In this document: piece by piece, positions 20,330-29,870 of the stretch
Layout: every line of letters starts with the position of its first letter
Numbering within the stretch: the stretch's first letter is position 1
Made by a program: the position numbers and the translations under genes
Assembly: GCA_965228855.1 (NCBI GenBank)
Contig: CBDDIJ010000005.1
Span: 288,001-352,000 of the forward strand
From: Candidatus Obscuribacterales bacterium
Lineage (GTDB): Bacteria > Cyanobacteriota > Vampirovibrionia > Obscuribacterales > Obscuribacteraceae
Direction: 5' to 3'
Length of the DNA: 64,000 nt
The notes under the pieces: generated by a model
The model's database searches: none
What the model was told of the DNA's origin: nothing
The model's input: only the letters and a program-made list of their open reading frames with translations

Positions 20330-21610
20330 GTGAAAACAAGAAAGTTCAAACATCATCCGACCGCCGCAATCGGTTTGCTGATATCAAATTCTTTGTTCCT
20401 AGCCCAAGCTTTTTTGATCGCTGAAACATTCATTACCGCGGACGCAATTTTCTTTCCAAAGGCTGCGCAAGCGGATCTTATGGATGGCGACCTGGCGGAA
20501 GAACAGGCGAAGGAGAAAGAAGAGCTTCGCGACATGAAGCGCGAGATGGATGATATAAATTCGACCGTCGACAGCGCTATGGGTCAGTTAAATGACCTGG
20601 GACAAAAGTTCAACAATCAGCAAAATGCCAAAGAGTTTCATCTTTTCGCCAGAGAGTCCGACTGGGAGACTGCAAGCGGTTCTACGGTTCGATGCCTGAC
20701 TTACAATGGTAAGATTCCGGGGCCTGCGATCAATGTGGTCGAGGGAGACTTCGTACGCGTCGTTCTCCACAATCAGATGAAAACACCCACGAGTTTGCAA
20801 TTTCACGGCATCATAGTGCCGCACAGCGTCGGAGGATTGCCGAGGACCGGAGCCGGACTCGTTCCTCCTGGACAATCATTCGTATTTCAATTTATCGCCA
20901 AACAACCCGGGACATTTTGGTATCACCCTCAAGTCGTTCATCCGACTCAGAAGCAAATGGGAATGTTCGGAGCGATAGTTGTTGCGCCAAAGTTGAGGTC
21001 ACGCCCGATCGACAAGGATGTCACCCTGTTCATCTCAGAAATCCGCAAGGCACCACGAGCGGTATCAGAGAATGCGGCTACAGTTGCTACCAGAAAAGTG
21101 ACCGGTCAGAAATTAAGCAAAGGCGCTGAAGCTCCTGCCGCAGCGCCTCCTGCCACCATCGATGCGGAGCCCAGCAAAAGCACTTTCAGCGCGGTGGCCT
21201 GGACCGACGGCGCCGCACCGCCTGACATAGAGACAGATTATCTGATCAACGGCAAAACCGCGCCAAACATTCCTCCAATCGAGTTACGCAAGGGTCAGCG
21301 CGTGCGCTTGCGCCTGATCAACGCCGGACAGGAAGCAGTGCCGTTGCAACTCGGTGGTCATCGTTTGGAAATCGTTTCGCAAAACGGCGGTGACCGGCTT
21401 GAACCGCACGTCCTGCGTGACACCATCTGCTTGAACCCATCAGACCGAGTCGACGTTGAATTTTCAGCGGACAATCCTGGTGTGTGGTCGCTAGCGTCGG
21501 AGGTCGCGCATCAATCGACCCACAAAGGCAAGTTTCCCGGCGGAATCGCATGTGTGGTGCGTTACTCGGAGCTGAAAACCAACGCGCGAAAGCAGCCTCC
21601 CGGCGAATAG
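20330..21610 (+). CDS. Two-domain multicopper-oxidase homolog with degenerate copper ligands
   Basis: YNGKIPGPAINVVEGD, PGTFWYH, INGK, ADNPGVW scaffold motifs. The HxH and HCH motifs are largely replaced (see findings). Confidence 0.8.
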   Translation: MKTRKFKHHPTAAIGLLISNSLFLAQAFLIAETFITADAIFFPKAAQADLMDGDLAEEQAKEKEELRDMKREMDDINSTVDSAMGQLNDLGQKFNNQQNAKEFHLFARESDWETASGSTVRCLTYNGKIPGPAINVVEGDFVRVVLHNQMKTPTSLQFHGIIVPHSVGGLPRTGAGLVPPGQSFVFQFIAKQPGTFWYHPQVVHPTQKQMGMFGAIVVAPKLRSRPIDKDVTLFISEIRKAPRAVSENAATVATRKVTGQKLSKGAEAPAAAPPATIDAEPSKSTFSAVAWTDGAAPPDIETDYLINGKTAPNIPPIELRKGQRVRLRLINAGQEAVPLQLGGHRLEIVSQNGGDRLEPHVLRDTICLNPSDRVDVEFSADNPGVWSLASEVAHQSTHKGKFPGGIACVVRYSELKTNARKQPPGE

Positions 21611-21627
21611 ATCGCTGAATGAATGCA

Positions 21628-21945
21628 CTAAATAGCTTCTCTCAACTGTCGTAAGTGCGAGTTCACTTTGTCACGCGACAAGCCAGTATGGACGCAGAAT
21701 TTGTCCCATCCGATTTCGATCACTTCTTCCCAACAACTGAAATAGATGTCTTGATTCAGATAGCCCTTTCCTAGCTCATACGAATAATCAGCGATTATCG
21801 CCTTAGCCATGTCGTGCTGGATCATGTGCTGCAAATCGAACCACTGCTCTTCCACGGCAAGCTCAAACAGGGTCTTCAAAAACTCCTGTTGGCTGTATCT
21901 GTTTTCAGCTAATTCCTGCAATCGTTCAGGCAGAGTCATTGTCAT
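21628..21945 (-). CDS. Small hypothetical protein
   Basis: 105-aa helical-looking ORF convergent with the MCO-like gene; function unknown. Confidence 0.7.
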   Translation of the reverse strand: MTMTLPERLQELAENRYSQQEFLKTLFELAVEEQWFDLQHMIQHDMAKAIIADYSYELGKGYLNQDIYFSCWEEVIEIGWDKFCVHTGLSRDKVNSHLRQLREAI

Positions 21946-22346
21946 TTACCGTTTATAGCGCGGCTCAGTCCGGTCAATACTGCCTTTAGCCTTACTCTAG
22001 GCTATCATAAGTTTTGTTAAATGGAAAACACTTGTTCGCATATATGGGTCTACCCTTTCGTACCGGAGCTCTGTACTCAACTGGCTTCATGTCTGGATAT
22101 CAAAGCACTCATTAATCTGTTTCATGCTAACGAAATCACAAGAAGGAATTTTTGAAGTTGCTTTTCTCTGGTAGTGCAACTGGTGGCACTTGACTTGTAA
22201 CCTGGCGGTTCACACGTGTTATCACAAGGGCTGTGCTTCCGCCATGAAACGTAGTAGGTTTCATTAATTCCGGTCGAAGCCGGTCGATTTTAAGCATAAA
22301 ACTTTCGGCGTTGGCTATAGTGGAATAACTAGTTCAGGTGCGAAGT

Positions 22347-22898
22347 ATGCTTCTTAACAAGATCGAAAGCATCAGGCATCAGGTAGCCGACAGGGAGCTT
22401 AAGCTCTCAGACGCCCTGCTCCTCGTACTGCGAAGTTTACGGGAGAGAATGCCCGAAGATCGATTGACCTGGCTCAACAGAGAACTGCTCGGATATCGCC
22501 AGGACGACCTTGAAGCGCTGTCGGATCAACGCATGGGACTCAATATGTTCCTCGCGTGGATTTCAGAGTCGCGCCGGCGCACGCCGCTGGAGGTCCCCGG
22601 TTATCGCTTCCTGGATGGAGTCTGGGGGCGCATTGACCGCTCTGGACGTCTGGTCTCGGTAATGGAACCGGAATTGTCCCAGCGTCAAATCTTCTGCAAC
22701 ATTGGCATTCAACAAATCGAGCTCCAACTTGACGAAATGGAGCATCCGACCGAAGCGCTATTTAGCCTGAGCTTTGACGAACGCACAGGCGCGGAATTTT
22801 TCTGCGAGTCGGCTGAGCTTGTCAGGGTTTACGAGCATGTGCGGGTCAAACTGTTGGAATGGCTCGATAAAGTCATTGTCGAGTTGCGTGTAGCCTGA
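22347..22898 (+). CDS. AbiTii-like domain protein
   Basis: LSDALL...WLNRELLGY...VPGYR...IGIQQIE pattern resembles AbiTii. ATG 22347 follows AGGTG; alternative start GTG 22338. Confidence 0.6.
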   Translation: MLLNKIESIRHQVADRELKLSDALLLVLRSLRERMPEDRLTWLNRELLGYRQDDLEALSDQRMGLNMFLAWISESRRRTPLEVPGYRFLDGVWGRIDRSGRLVSVMEPELSQRQIFCNIGIQQIELQLDEMEHPTEALFSLSFDERTGAEFFCESAELVRVYEHVRVKLLEWLDKVIVELRVA

Positions 22899-22963
22899 AC
22901 GATACCGCATTCGGTGTTCAGCAAGTACAATAGTCTGATGGAGCCGATTCTGCGAACATCGAT

Positions 22964-24043
22964 TTGAAACCGAGCAGACGTTTTATCACTGGAAGTTTTT
23001 GGTACAGCGGCAAACCGCTTGCGATCATACTCGCGCTGTATGGAGCCGTGACGCTGGTGGTGCCGGTCAGCTCGCAGGAAACAGCGGAGGAAGCCTCGCT
23101 GGACAGCGTCGTGCAGAGCCTGGAAGAAGATGCGGGTTTAGTTGCAACACCGGCAGATCCTATTACAAAGCGATTGTCGGGATTGGAACTGAAAGTGTTC
23201 GGCTCGATTCAACCAGGAGCCCTAATCGATAGGATCAACAATATCAGGTTGAAACTGGATGCGAAAAAAGCAAAACAACCGCAAGACGCGCCTCCCGAGC
23301 CAGGTGAAGCACCAGTTGCGCCGGAGGATCCGGTAAAGAAAAAGATCTTTGATTTGAACAGAACACTGCCTATGGTCAATGCCAGCATGCCGTTGTTCTT
23401 CCGCGTCGAGCCCACCGAGCCTGTAATGGCCAGGGATTATTTGAACGATATTCTTGATGCCACGCAGAAAAAGGTGATGCGTTTTAAATCGATGCCCATT
23501 CCGGTCTACATAACGCCGTATCAGATAAGAAGCTACACTCGCGCCTGTGTGGAAGGTTTCGAATCGTGGGAACACCGAACCAATGGTTTAGTCAGATTCG
23601 TGCAGGTTGCCAGTCCCAATCAGGCAAGAATTCGAGTGACGTGGAAACGTCTCGGCATGTCAACGGACACAGATAACTGCGCGCTTGGAGCCCACACCGT
23701 TACGAAATGGCAAAAGAATGCCGGCGGCAAAATGACGCTTGTTGGATTTGGCTCGATACCGCTACCGGTCTACATTCCGAGAATGGGACCGAAATATACG
23801 GTGCCGGCACAAGTAATCGAAATCAATGTCGATTTGATTGACCAGAAAGTTCAAGATTACCGCTTCACATTGTTGAAGAACATAGTCACGCACGAGTTGG
23901 GGCACGCTCTGGGACTTCTTGGTCACAGCGGCGAGAAAAGCGACATGATGTACACAGTCACTGATGAAAACTCGAGGATTTCCGATCGTGACATCAACAC
24001 ATTGGAAAAACTGTATGGAATGAAAATCGACATTCCATTATAG
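22964..24043 (+). CDS. Secreted matrixin-family (metzincin) zinc metalloprotease
   Basis: HELGHALGLLGHS zinc motif, DMMY Met-turn, N-terminal hydrophobic segment. Confidence 0.88.
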   Translation: MKPSRRFITGSFWYSGKPLAIILALYGAVTLVVPVSSQETAEEASLDSVVQSLEEDAGLVATPADPITKRLSGLELKVFGSIQPGALIDRINNIRLKLDAKKAKQPQDAPPEPGEAPVAPEDPVKKKIFDLNRTLPMVNASMPLFFRVEPTEPVMARDYLNDILDATQKKVMRFKSMPIPVYITPYQIRSYTRACVEGFESWEHRTNGLVRFVQVASPNQARIRVTWKRLGMSTDTDNCALGAHTVTKWQKNAGGKMTLVGFGSIPLPVYIPRMGPKYTVPAQVIEINVDLIDQKVQDYRFTLLKNIVTHELGHALGLLGHSGEKSDMMYTVTDENSRISDRDINTLEKLYGMKIDIPL

Positions 24044-24096
24044 ATAGTATAGATAGGACATATGGGATGGTCGAACTGCCACCACTGGCGATGACA

Positions 24097-24801
24097 TTAG
24101 TATTGATACGGAGGAATTCCGAACTGCGCGCGCAATTGCGAGTCGATAGCCTTGTTGGCCTGGTCTAAACCTTCCAGATTTTGTTTACGAGCCATAAGCG
24201 TGCCGGCGACCGGATTTCCACTTTGATCTGTGGCAAGCGGATTTTGCTGCACCGTCAAATAGTCACTGAATAGCTGACGAGCACTCGTAAAATATTGATA
24301 GTACCCCCGGTGCAATCTTTCGGTTTCAGGATAGAGTGGTAATCGTTTGAACTCATCAACGGCCTGCGCGTATCGAGCAACGAGGCTGGACAAGAGCGCT
24401 TTGGCCTGGGTCTTCTCCTCGCCCGGGATAAACATGCTCAGAGCTTTCGACATCAAGGCATCGGCCTTTGCCCTCTCAGCCGGGTTCATCTGCGCCTTGC
24501 GCCGGATATCATCGTAGTTTTTAAACCACTGCCCGATCAGCTGCAGACGTTCTTGACTCGGCTGCGCACTGATTTGCTGTTGATAGTTTTGCTGCGGGTA
24601 ACCGGCAGGCATCGTTTGTGGAGGGCCCTGCATCGGCGTTGCCTGACCCGGAGCTTGCTGAAACTGCTGAGGAAATTGCTGAGCATCTGCCCCAGCCACG
24701 CTCCAGAAGAGCCCAATCGTCAAGGCGAACGCGAGGCGACAGGTACTCGAGGAAAGACGTCTTTTGTCAAAGCCGGTTACACAACTCATCAGGAAAGCCA
24801 A
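24097..24801 (-). CDS. Secreted Gln/Pro-rich hypothetical protein
   Basis: Signal peptide (AGADA), Q/P-rich linker, helical C-terminal domain. Confidence 0.7.
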   Translation of the reverse strand: MAFLMSCVTGFDKRRLSSSTCRLAFALTIGLFWSVAGADAQQFPQQFQQAPGQATPMQGPPQTMPAGYPQQNYQQQISAQPSQERLQLIGQWFKNYDDIRRKAQMNPAERAKADALMSKALSMFIPGEEKTQAKALLSSLVARYAQAVDEFKRLPLYPETERLHRGYYQYFTSARQLFSDYLTVQQNPLATDQSGNPVAGTLMARKQNLEGLDQANKAIDSQLRAQFGIPPYQY

Positions 24802-24931
24802 TTTAACCTATAGTGGGCGTAACATATTCTACAGCGGACGACAGCCCGATCATGTTGTTCCACCGAAGAGATTTAAATACGCGCACACGTGGCAAGCAAA
24901 GGTAGCACGGGTATCCGCAGGGGAGATATAG

Positions 24932-25729
24932 ATGACAATCCTTGTTGCAGTCAAGAAGAACGGCAGAATCTGGATGGGCGCCGACCGCATTACAACATTC
25001 GGCAGCGAGTACACAACCGATCTGGTCAACGCTTCGAAAATTATCAAGCTGAAGCATGCCTATCTTGCGACAAGCGGTTATACGCTGCTCGACAACATTA
25101 TCGAACACCTGTATGAGCACAACCATAAGATGATGGAGTCCGAATTCAAAAATCGGGCGCAAGTGTTTCAGTTTTTCCTCGAGATGTTTACCGAGATGAA
25201 GAAAACATACACGCTGGTGGATACCGGAAAAGAGACTTATGCTGGCATATACAACGTTTTCCTCCTGGTGACTCCCAAAAGCATTTACGGTGTTTCAAAC
25301 AATCTAAGTGTTCACGAGTATGACCGATACGCGGCTAAAGGAGCCGGTTCCGACTACTCACAAGGAACACTTTATGCTCTCTATGATTTGATCGACGACG
25401 GACACGAACTCGCTAGAGTCGCTCTGGAAGCGGCTTGCCACTTCTCGATCTATTGCAAGGAACCGATTGATATTCTCGAAGTAAAGGCGAGTGATTTTGG
25501 TCAACGCGAACCGGGCGGCTATAAGTCTGTAGGCAGCAATCTTTCGACGATTCCGAGTCGAACCGGCATGGCTAAGTTTTCGTTGGTCGAGAAAGAGAAA
25601 TTGAAATCGAAACTACAGTCCGCCAAGGATGATAGCGGCTCTAACGGCGCGAAACACACGACAAAAGCGAAAGCATCAGCAACCAAGAAGTCGACGAAAA
25701 AACCATCAGGCAGCTCAAAAAAACGGTAA
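24932..25729 (+). CDS. Proteasome-beta/HslV-like Ntn hydrolase (BPH-like) with Lys-rich tail
   Basis: M-T start (Thr1), GAD (Asp17), SKII (Lys33), ALEAACHFSIYC; GGAG SD. Confidence 0.75.
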   Translation: MTILVAVKKNGRIWMGADRITTFGSEYTTDLVNASKIIKLKHAYLATSGYTLLDNIIEHLYEHNHKMMESEFKNRAQVFQFFLEMFTEMKKTYTLVDTGKETYAGIYNVFLLVTPKSIYGVSNNLSVHEYDRYAAKGAGSDYSQGTLYALYDLIDDGHELARVALEAACHFSIYCKEPIDILEVKASDFGQREPGGYKSVGSNLSTIPSRTGMAKFSLVEKEKLKSKLQSAKDDSGSNGAKHTTKAKASATKKSTKKPSGSSKKR

Positions 25730-25872
25730 CGGCTTTCGCCTTAGCAAATTCCGAATCCTCATGTTTTCCAACCTCAGGGCAAACCCGGTGGCGTTTCGCT
25801 AAGAAATGGTCGAATATACCGCCATTCTGGGAAAGATATATTGGACGGTAGAGTGAACGCGAGTGCCTGAGT

Positions 25873-28674
25873 TTGGAACTTGAACCGAACCACCCGGACG
25901 TCGCTACCAAAACGGAAGCGGAGTCCAAATCGAAAGATACCTGCGACGCCTGCCAGAAGCCGCTGGCAACGAGCAACTCAGGTAGCGTCACCCAGTGGCT
26001 CTTTAAGGGTCTGTACTGCGCTTGCGAAGAAACTCCCGCCGCGCCGAAAGAAACTATCACCACCTTCTTCGCGCCTGAGGGAATGGACTCCTGGCGTCCT
26101 CCTCCGGAATCAGCAAACCATGAACCGATACGATTCGGCTTCCCGCCGCAAAAACCGGCTCCTGAACAAGCCCACAAGGCACTTTACAAGAAAGTACGTC
26201 TCGTCCCACCGGGTGCAGCCTTCAAGGTCAGCGCCCCCGTTCCTGAATCAATCGACCGTGACGGTGGAGTGATTTCGCCGTTCGACCTGAACGGTGCAGC
26301 GCATGTTCCCATGTGGGAACCAAACACGCTCTCCTCCGATCTTCTTCCGGCAGGCCGCCTGGCTCAAAACGATCCTGAAAAGTTGATCGGAAAGACAATC
26401 GGTCATTACAAAATCGACGCATTCATAGCGAAGGGCGCCTCAGGTCATGTCTTCAAAGCGCATCACCAGGGTTCGCTTCAGCGAGTGGCGTTGAAGCTCG
26501 TCACCCCTTCTTTGAACTTTGGAAAGCGGCATAATCAGAGGTTTCTTAACGAAGCGCGTGCGGCGAAGAATATCGAACACGACAACGTCATAACGTTGTA
26601 CGACGTCGGTCTGACCGGTGATGAAATTCCATATCTAGTCACTGAGTTCTTTGAAGGCAGGAGACTGAACGACGTTTTGAAAGACGACGGACCAATTTCA
26701 GAATCCGAAGCGATCAATCTTTTTATACAAATCTGTCAGGGACTGAGTCACGCACATTATATGGGCGTGATGCACCGAGACGTGAAGCCGAGCAATATCC
26801 GTATAGATGAAAACAATCACGCCAAGGTAGTTGACTGCGGCGTCAGTAAAGTTCTGCCCGATCCCACTCGCGAGACCCGCTACTTTACCGAAAGCGGATT
26901 TGAGTACGGAGACGCGCGCTACATGAGCCCTGAGCAATGCCGCGGCGCGAAAACTGATCATCGCTCGGACATCTACTCACTGGGCTGCCTGATGTACGAG
27001 TGTTTGTCAGGCAAAACACCTTTCAGCGCTGAGAAAAATTCGATGCTGATCTACAAGCATGTGAAAAAGCGCCCCAGAAGCCTGAATTCAAGGTTTCCAG
27101 ATCTGCAGCTCAGTAGAGATCTCGAAAATCTGATTATGAGATGTTTGGAAAAAGAGCCCGACGATCGCTATCAGTCGATTTCAGACATGCTTGATGATTT
27201 GATGACCATCCGCTCCGAGAAGCAGGTAAAAAGGGCATTTCGAAAGAACCTCCAGATCACGCCGGAAAAGAGAGAACAACTTTCGATCGCTGAGGTTTTA
27301 AGTGCAGCATTGTCGTCCGTGTGGTTTGGAGCCTCGTCAACAACACGGCTTCTGACGCTCTGCATTGTCCTTTTAACGCTTGTTTCAAGCTCCATCCTCC
27401 TCATACTGGATAACTCCAAACGAAACAAACCGCAACCGACTACAACCCCCTGGACCTACTACCAAGAAATTCAAAATGTTTACTCAGATCGTCTGGAACG
27501 CCTTAGAAGGGAATCGGATGAAATGCTTGCAGCCTTAACGGCGTCCAAATCGCAGTTTAAGCCAGAAGCAGAGATTATCGTTAACGATGTCATCGGCGCC
27601 CAGACAAGGGCAATGAAAGACAATCCGGGCGGACAGGTGTTTGATGCCAGAGAGATCGATTTACTCGAGCGGCGACTGCTGAAGTTGAAGTCGAGTGCAG
27701 GCGCCGATTCTCTGGCAGCCACAAATGTAATTAGAAACAGCCAGCAGGGCACTCTATATATCGCCCCTCAGGATGCGACCAAAGAGCAGACACTGTTAGC
27801 GGCAATAAGGGACGATGCAGACCTCACAGATGCGGACCTTTCCAATATAAAACTAACCGGTATCACCATATCTAGTGCCAATCTTACAAATGCGAACTTC
27901 TCTGGCAGCGATTTGACCGGTGCAACGTTCAAAGATGTGAGCATGACAGACGCTCGCTTTGATAACGCTAACCTGGACATGGCGCAGTTCGATAACGTCA
28001 ACGCAACCGGCAGCTCATTTCAAGGCACATCTTTAAGGGGAGCGACCTTTGCAAATTCAAGCATTGAAAACGCGAAACTGCGAGATGCAAACTTTGAGGA
28101 CAGCGACATTTTTGGCGGCAAGACCTCGAACCTTACTATGATCAAAACAAATCTCGATAACGCAATTATCTTTGAGTCAGGCAGCACCGTTGATATGAGT
28201 CGAACGCCAGAGTTGGTAGCGTTGACGAAAACTAAATCAGAATTCGAGAAAAGACTTATTAGACTTTCCGAAGTATCCAACATTGCAGCTGTTTTAAAAC
28301 AAGCCAGCACCACCGAAAAAATTAGACTGCCGATGGCCGGGTCAGATCAATCAGTGATGATGTCCGTGTTCACGAATGACTCGACGTCGGCGCTCGACAC
28401 CAAAGTAGATACCGCGCTTGGCACTTGCAGAAGCGCAATCGCTGATGCACGAAAATTACGACGGCTTGAAATTGTTTCTGCAAAAACAGTCCGCCCTGAG
28501 GAGTTTAAAACGAGCTTGAAAAAGCTGGCAGACTCGATGAAAAAATTAGACGGACAGATAGCCGATGTCGACCGGGAGATTGAGATTGTCCAGGCACGAC
28601 AGGCTGCTGCAAATCCCGCCCCGAAAGGGCGCAAGTATCTTTTCAGTCCGTCGGTCGAAGTTCGTGAGCAATAA
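25873..28674 (+). CDS. Membrane Ser/Thr protein kinase with extracellular pentapeptide repeats
   Basis: AKGASGHV, VALK, HRDVKPSNI, DCG, YMSPEQ, SDIYSLG; TM segment; ADLTD/ANLTN/ANFSG repeats. Confidence 0.92.
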   Translation: MELEPNHPDVATKTEAESKSKDTCDACQKPLATSNSGSVTQWLFKGLYCACEETPAAPKETITTFFAPEGMDSWRPPPESANHEPIRFGFPPQKPAPEQAHKALYKKVRLVPPGAAFKVSAPVPESIDRDGGVISPFDLNGAAHVPMWEPNTLSSDLLPAGRLAQNDPEKLIGKTIGHYKIDAFIAKGASGHVFKAHHQGSLQRVALKLVTPSLNFGKRHNQRFLNEARAAKNIEHDNVITLYDVGLTGDEIPYLVTEFFEGRRLNDVLKDDGPISESEAINLFIQICQGLSHAHYMGVMHRDVKPSNIRIDENNHAKVVDCGVSKVLPDPTRETRYFTESGFEYGDARYMSPEQCRGAKTDHRSDIYSLGCLMYECLSGKTPFSAEKNSMLIYKHVKKRPRSLNSRFPDLQLSRDLENLIMRCLEKEPDDRYQSISDMLDDLMTIRSEKQVKRAFRKNLQITPEKREQLSIAEVLSAALSSVWFGASSTTRLLTLCIVLLTLVSSSILLILDNSKRNKPQPTTTPWTYYQEIQNVYSDRLERLRRESDEMLAALTASKSQFKPEAEIIVNDVIGAQTRAMKDNPGGQVFDAREIDLLERRLLKLKSSAGADSLAATNVIRNSQQGTLYIAPQDATKEQTLLAAIRDDADLTDADLSNIKLTGITISSANLTNANFSGSDLTGATFKDVSMTDARFDNANLDMAQFDNVNATGSSFQGTSLRGATFANSSIENAKLRDANFEDSDIFGGKTSNLTMIKTNLDNAIIFESGSTVDMSRTPELVALTKTKSEFEKRLIRLSEVSNIAAVLKQASTTEKIRLPMAGSDQSVMMSVFTNDSTSALDTKVDTALGTCRSAIADARKLRRLEIVSAKTVRPEEFKTSLKKLADSMKKLDGQIADVDREIEIVQARQAAANPAPKGRKYLFSPSVEVREQ

Positions 28675-28751
28675 TGTAGCCGGAAGTACACAGCCTAATA
28701 AGGTATATGCTATGCCCTCCTTGTAAGTCTAAAGACAGAAAGGAGAGCGGA

Positions 28752-29870
28752 ATGTTTGCAAATTCCAGGCGTTTTTTACCGCTGCTGACGGCGGCGGCGA
28801 TCGGTTTCTGCGGGCAAGCCGCTTTTGCCCTAGACGTAAACGCGGACCTGCTCGAGAACCAGGATGACAAAGACGTCGAAGAGGTGGTTCCTTCAACCAA
28901 GAATGAGCCAGCCGCAATTGCTCAACCGGCCGCTCCTCTTGGTCTGGAAGCCACAATCGCTCGATTAAAAAGCAGCAGGACCGGCAAGCCTAGACTTGCG
29001 CTCACACTTGCTGGGGGCGGCTCTCGCGGAGCGGCACACATCGGCGTGCTAAAAGTTCTCGAGAGAGAGGGAATCAAACCTGACTTTATCGCCGGGAGCA
29101 GCATCGGTGGAATGATCGGTGCGCTGTACGCCTCCGGTCTGAGCGCAGCACAGATCGAGAAGCTCGCGTTGAACGGCGAATTGAAAAAGGCATACTTTCC
29201 ACTCCCGCAAAAAGTGCAATCGTTTCTATACTCAATCAGATACGGACTCTGTCGAATGGTATTGATTCATCCTAAGATTGGCTTGTATAGCGGCGATTCC
29301 ATAGCCAAGTTTGTTGAGAAGCAGTTGCCTGAAGGGGTCGAGAATTTCGAGGATCTGAAAATTCCATTTGCTGTAGCCGCAGTGAATCTGGTGGACACAA
29401 AACCCGTTTGGATGAGCAAAGGAAAAATCTCTACGGCAGTGAGAGCCAGCAACACCGTTCCATTCATCTACAGACCGATCGGTCCAAAAGATGGAGCACA
29501 GCTCGTGGATGCGGGCATTCGAGACAACCTGCCTACCGACATCGCAGACGCGATTGGTTCACCACTGGTAGTGGCAGTGAAGCTGCACTCCTATCTGGAG
29601 AAAGTTCCGCTGAAAGAGTTTGACACAAACTTCGACTACGCTGACCGCATCACAAGTATTTTCATGGCTGAAATTGAAAACAAGGGTGTGTCCAAAGCCG
29701 ACGTTTTAATCGAGCCCAAAGTACAGTTCATGAACATGCAATCGTTCAACAAGAAAGAGATGTCCAAAGCGATTGCTGTTGGCGAACAAGCAGCTGAACA
29801 AGCGCTTCCCGAAATAAAGCGAAGACTTGGAACCGGTGTCGCTCACAGCGAATCGAAAACAAAACTTTAA
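28752..29870 (+). CDS. Secreted patatin-like phospholipase
   Basis: GGGSRG oxyanion loop, GSSIG nucleophile, DAG; ATG 28752 after AAGGAG. Confidence 0.9.
   Translation: MFANSRRFLPLLTAAAIGFCGQAAFALDVNADLLENQDDKDVEEVVPSTKNEPAAIAQPAAPLGLEATIARLKSSRTGKPRLALTLAGGGSRGAAHIGVLKVLEREGIKPDFIAGSSIGGMIGALYASGLSAAQIEKLALNGELKKAYFPLPQKVQSFLYSIRYGLCRMVLIHPKIGLYSGDSIAKFVEKQLPEGVENFEDLKIPFAVAAVNLVDTKPVWMSKGKISTAVRASNTVPFIYRPIGPKDGAQLVDAGIRDNLPTDIADAIGSPLVVAVKLHSYLEKVPLKEFDTNFDYADRITSIFMAEIENKGVSKADVLIEPKVQFMNMQSFNKKEMSKAIAVGEQAAEQALPEIKRRLGTGVAHSESKTKL

Noticed and set aside
22026..22038. Gram-positive-type LexA box (CGAAC-AAGT-GTTT)
   Set aside because: Imperfect and single; no matching box seen before sbcC or dnaE.
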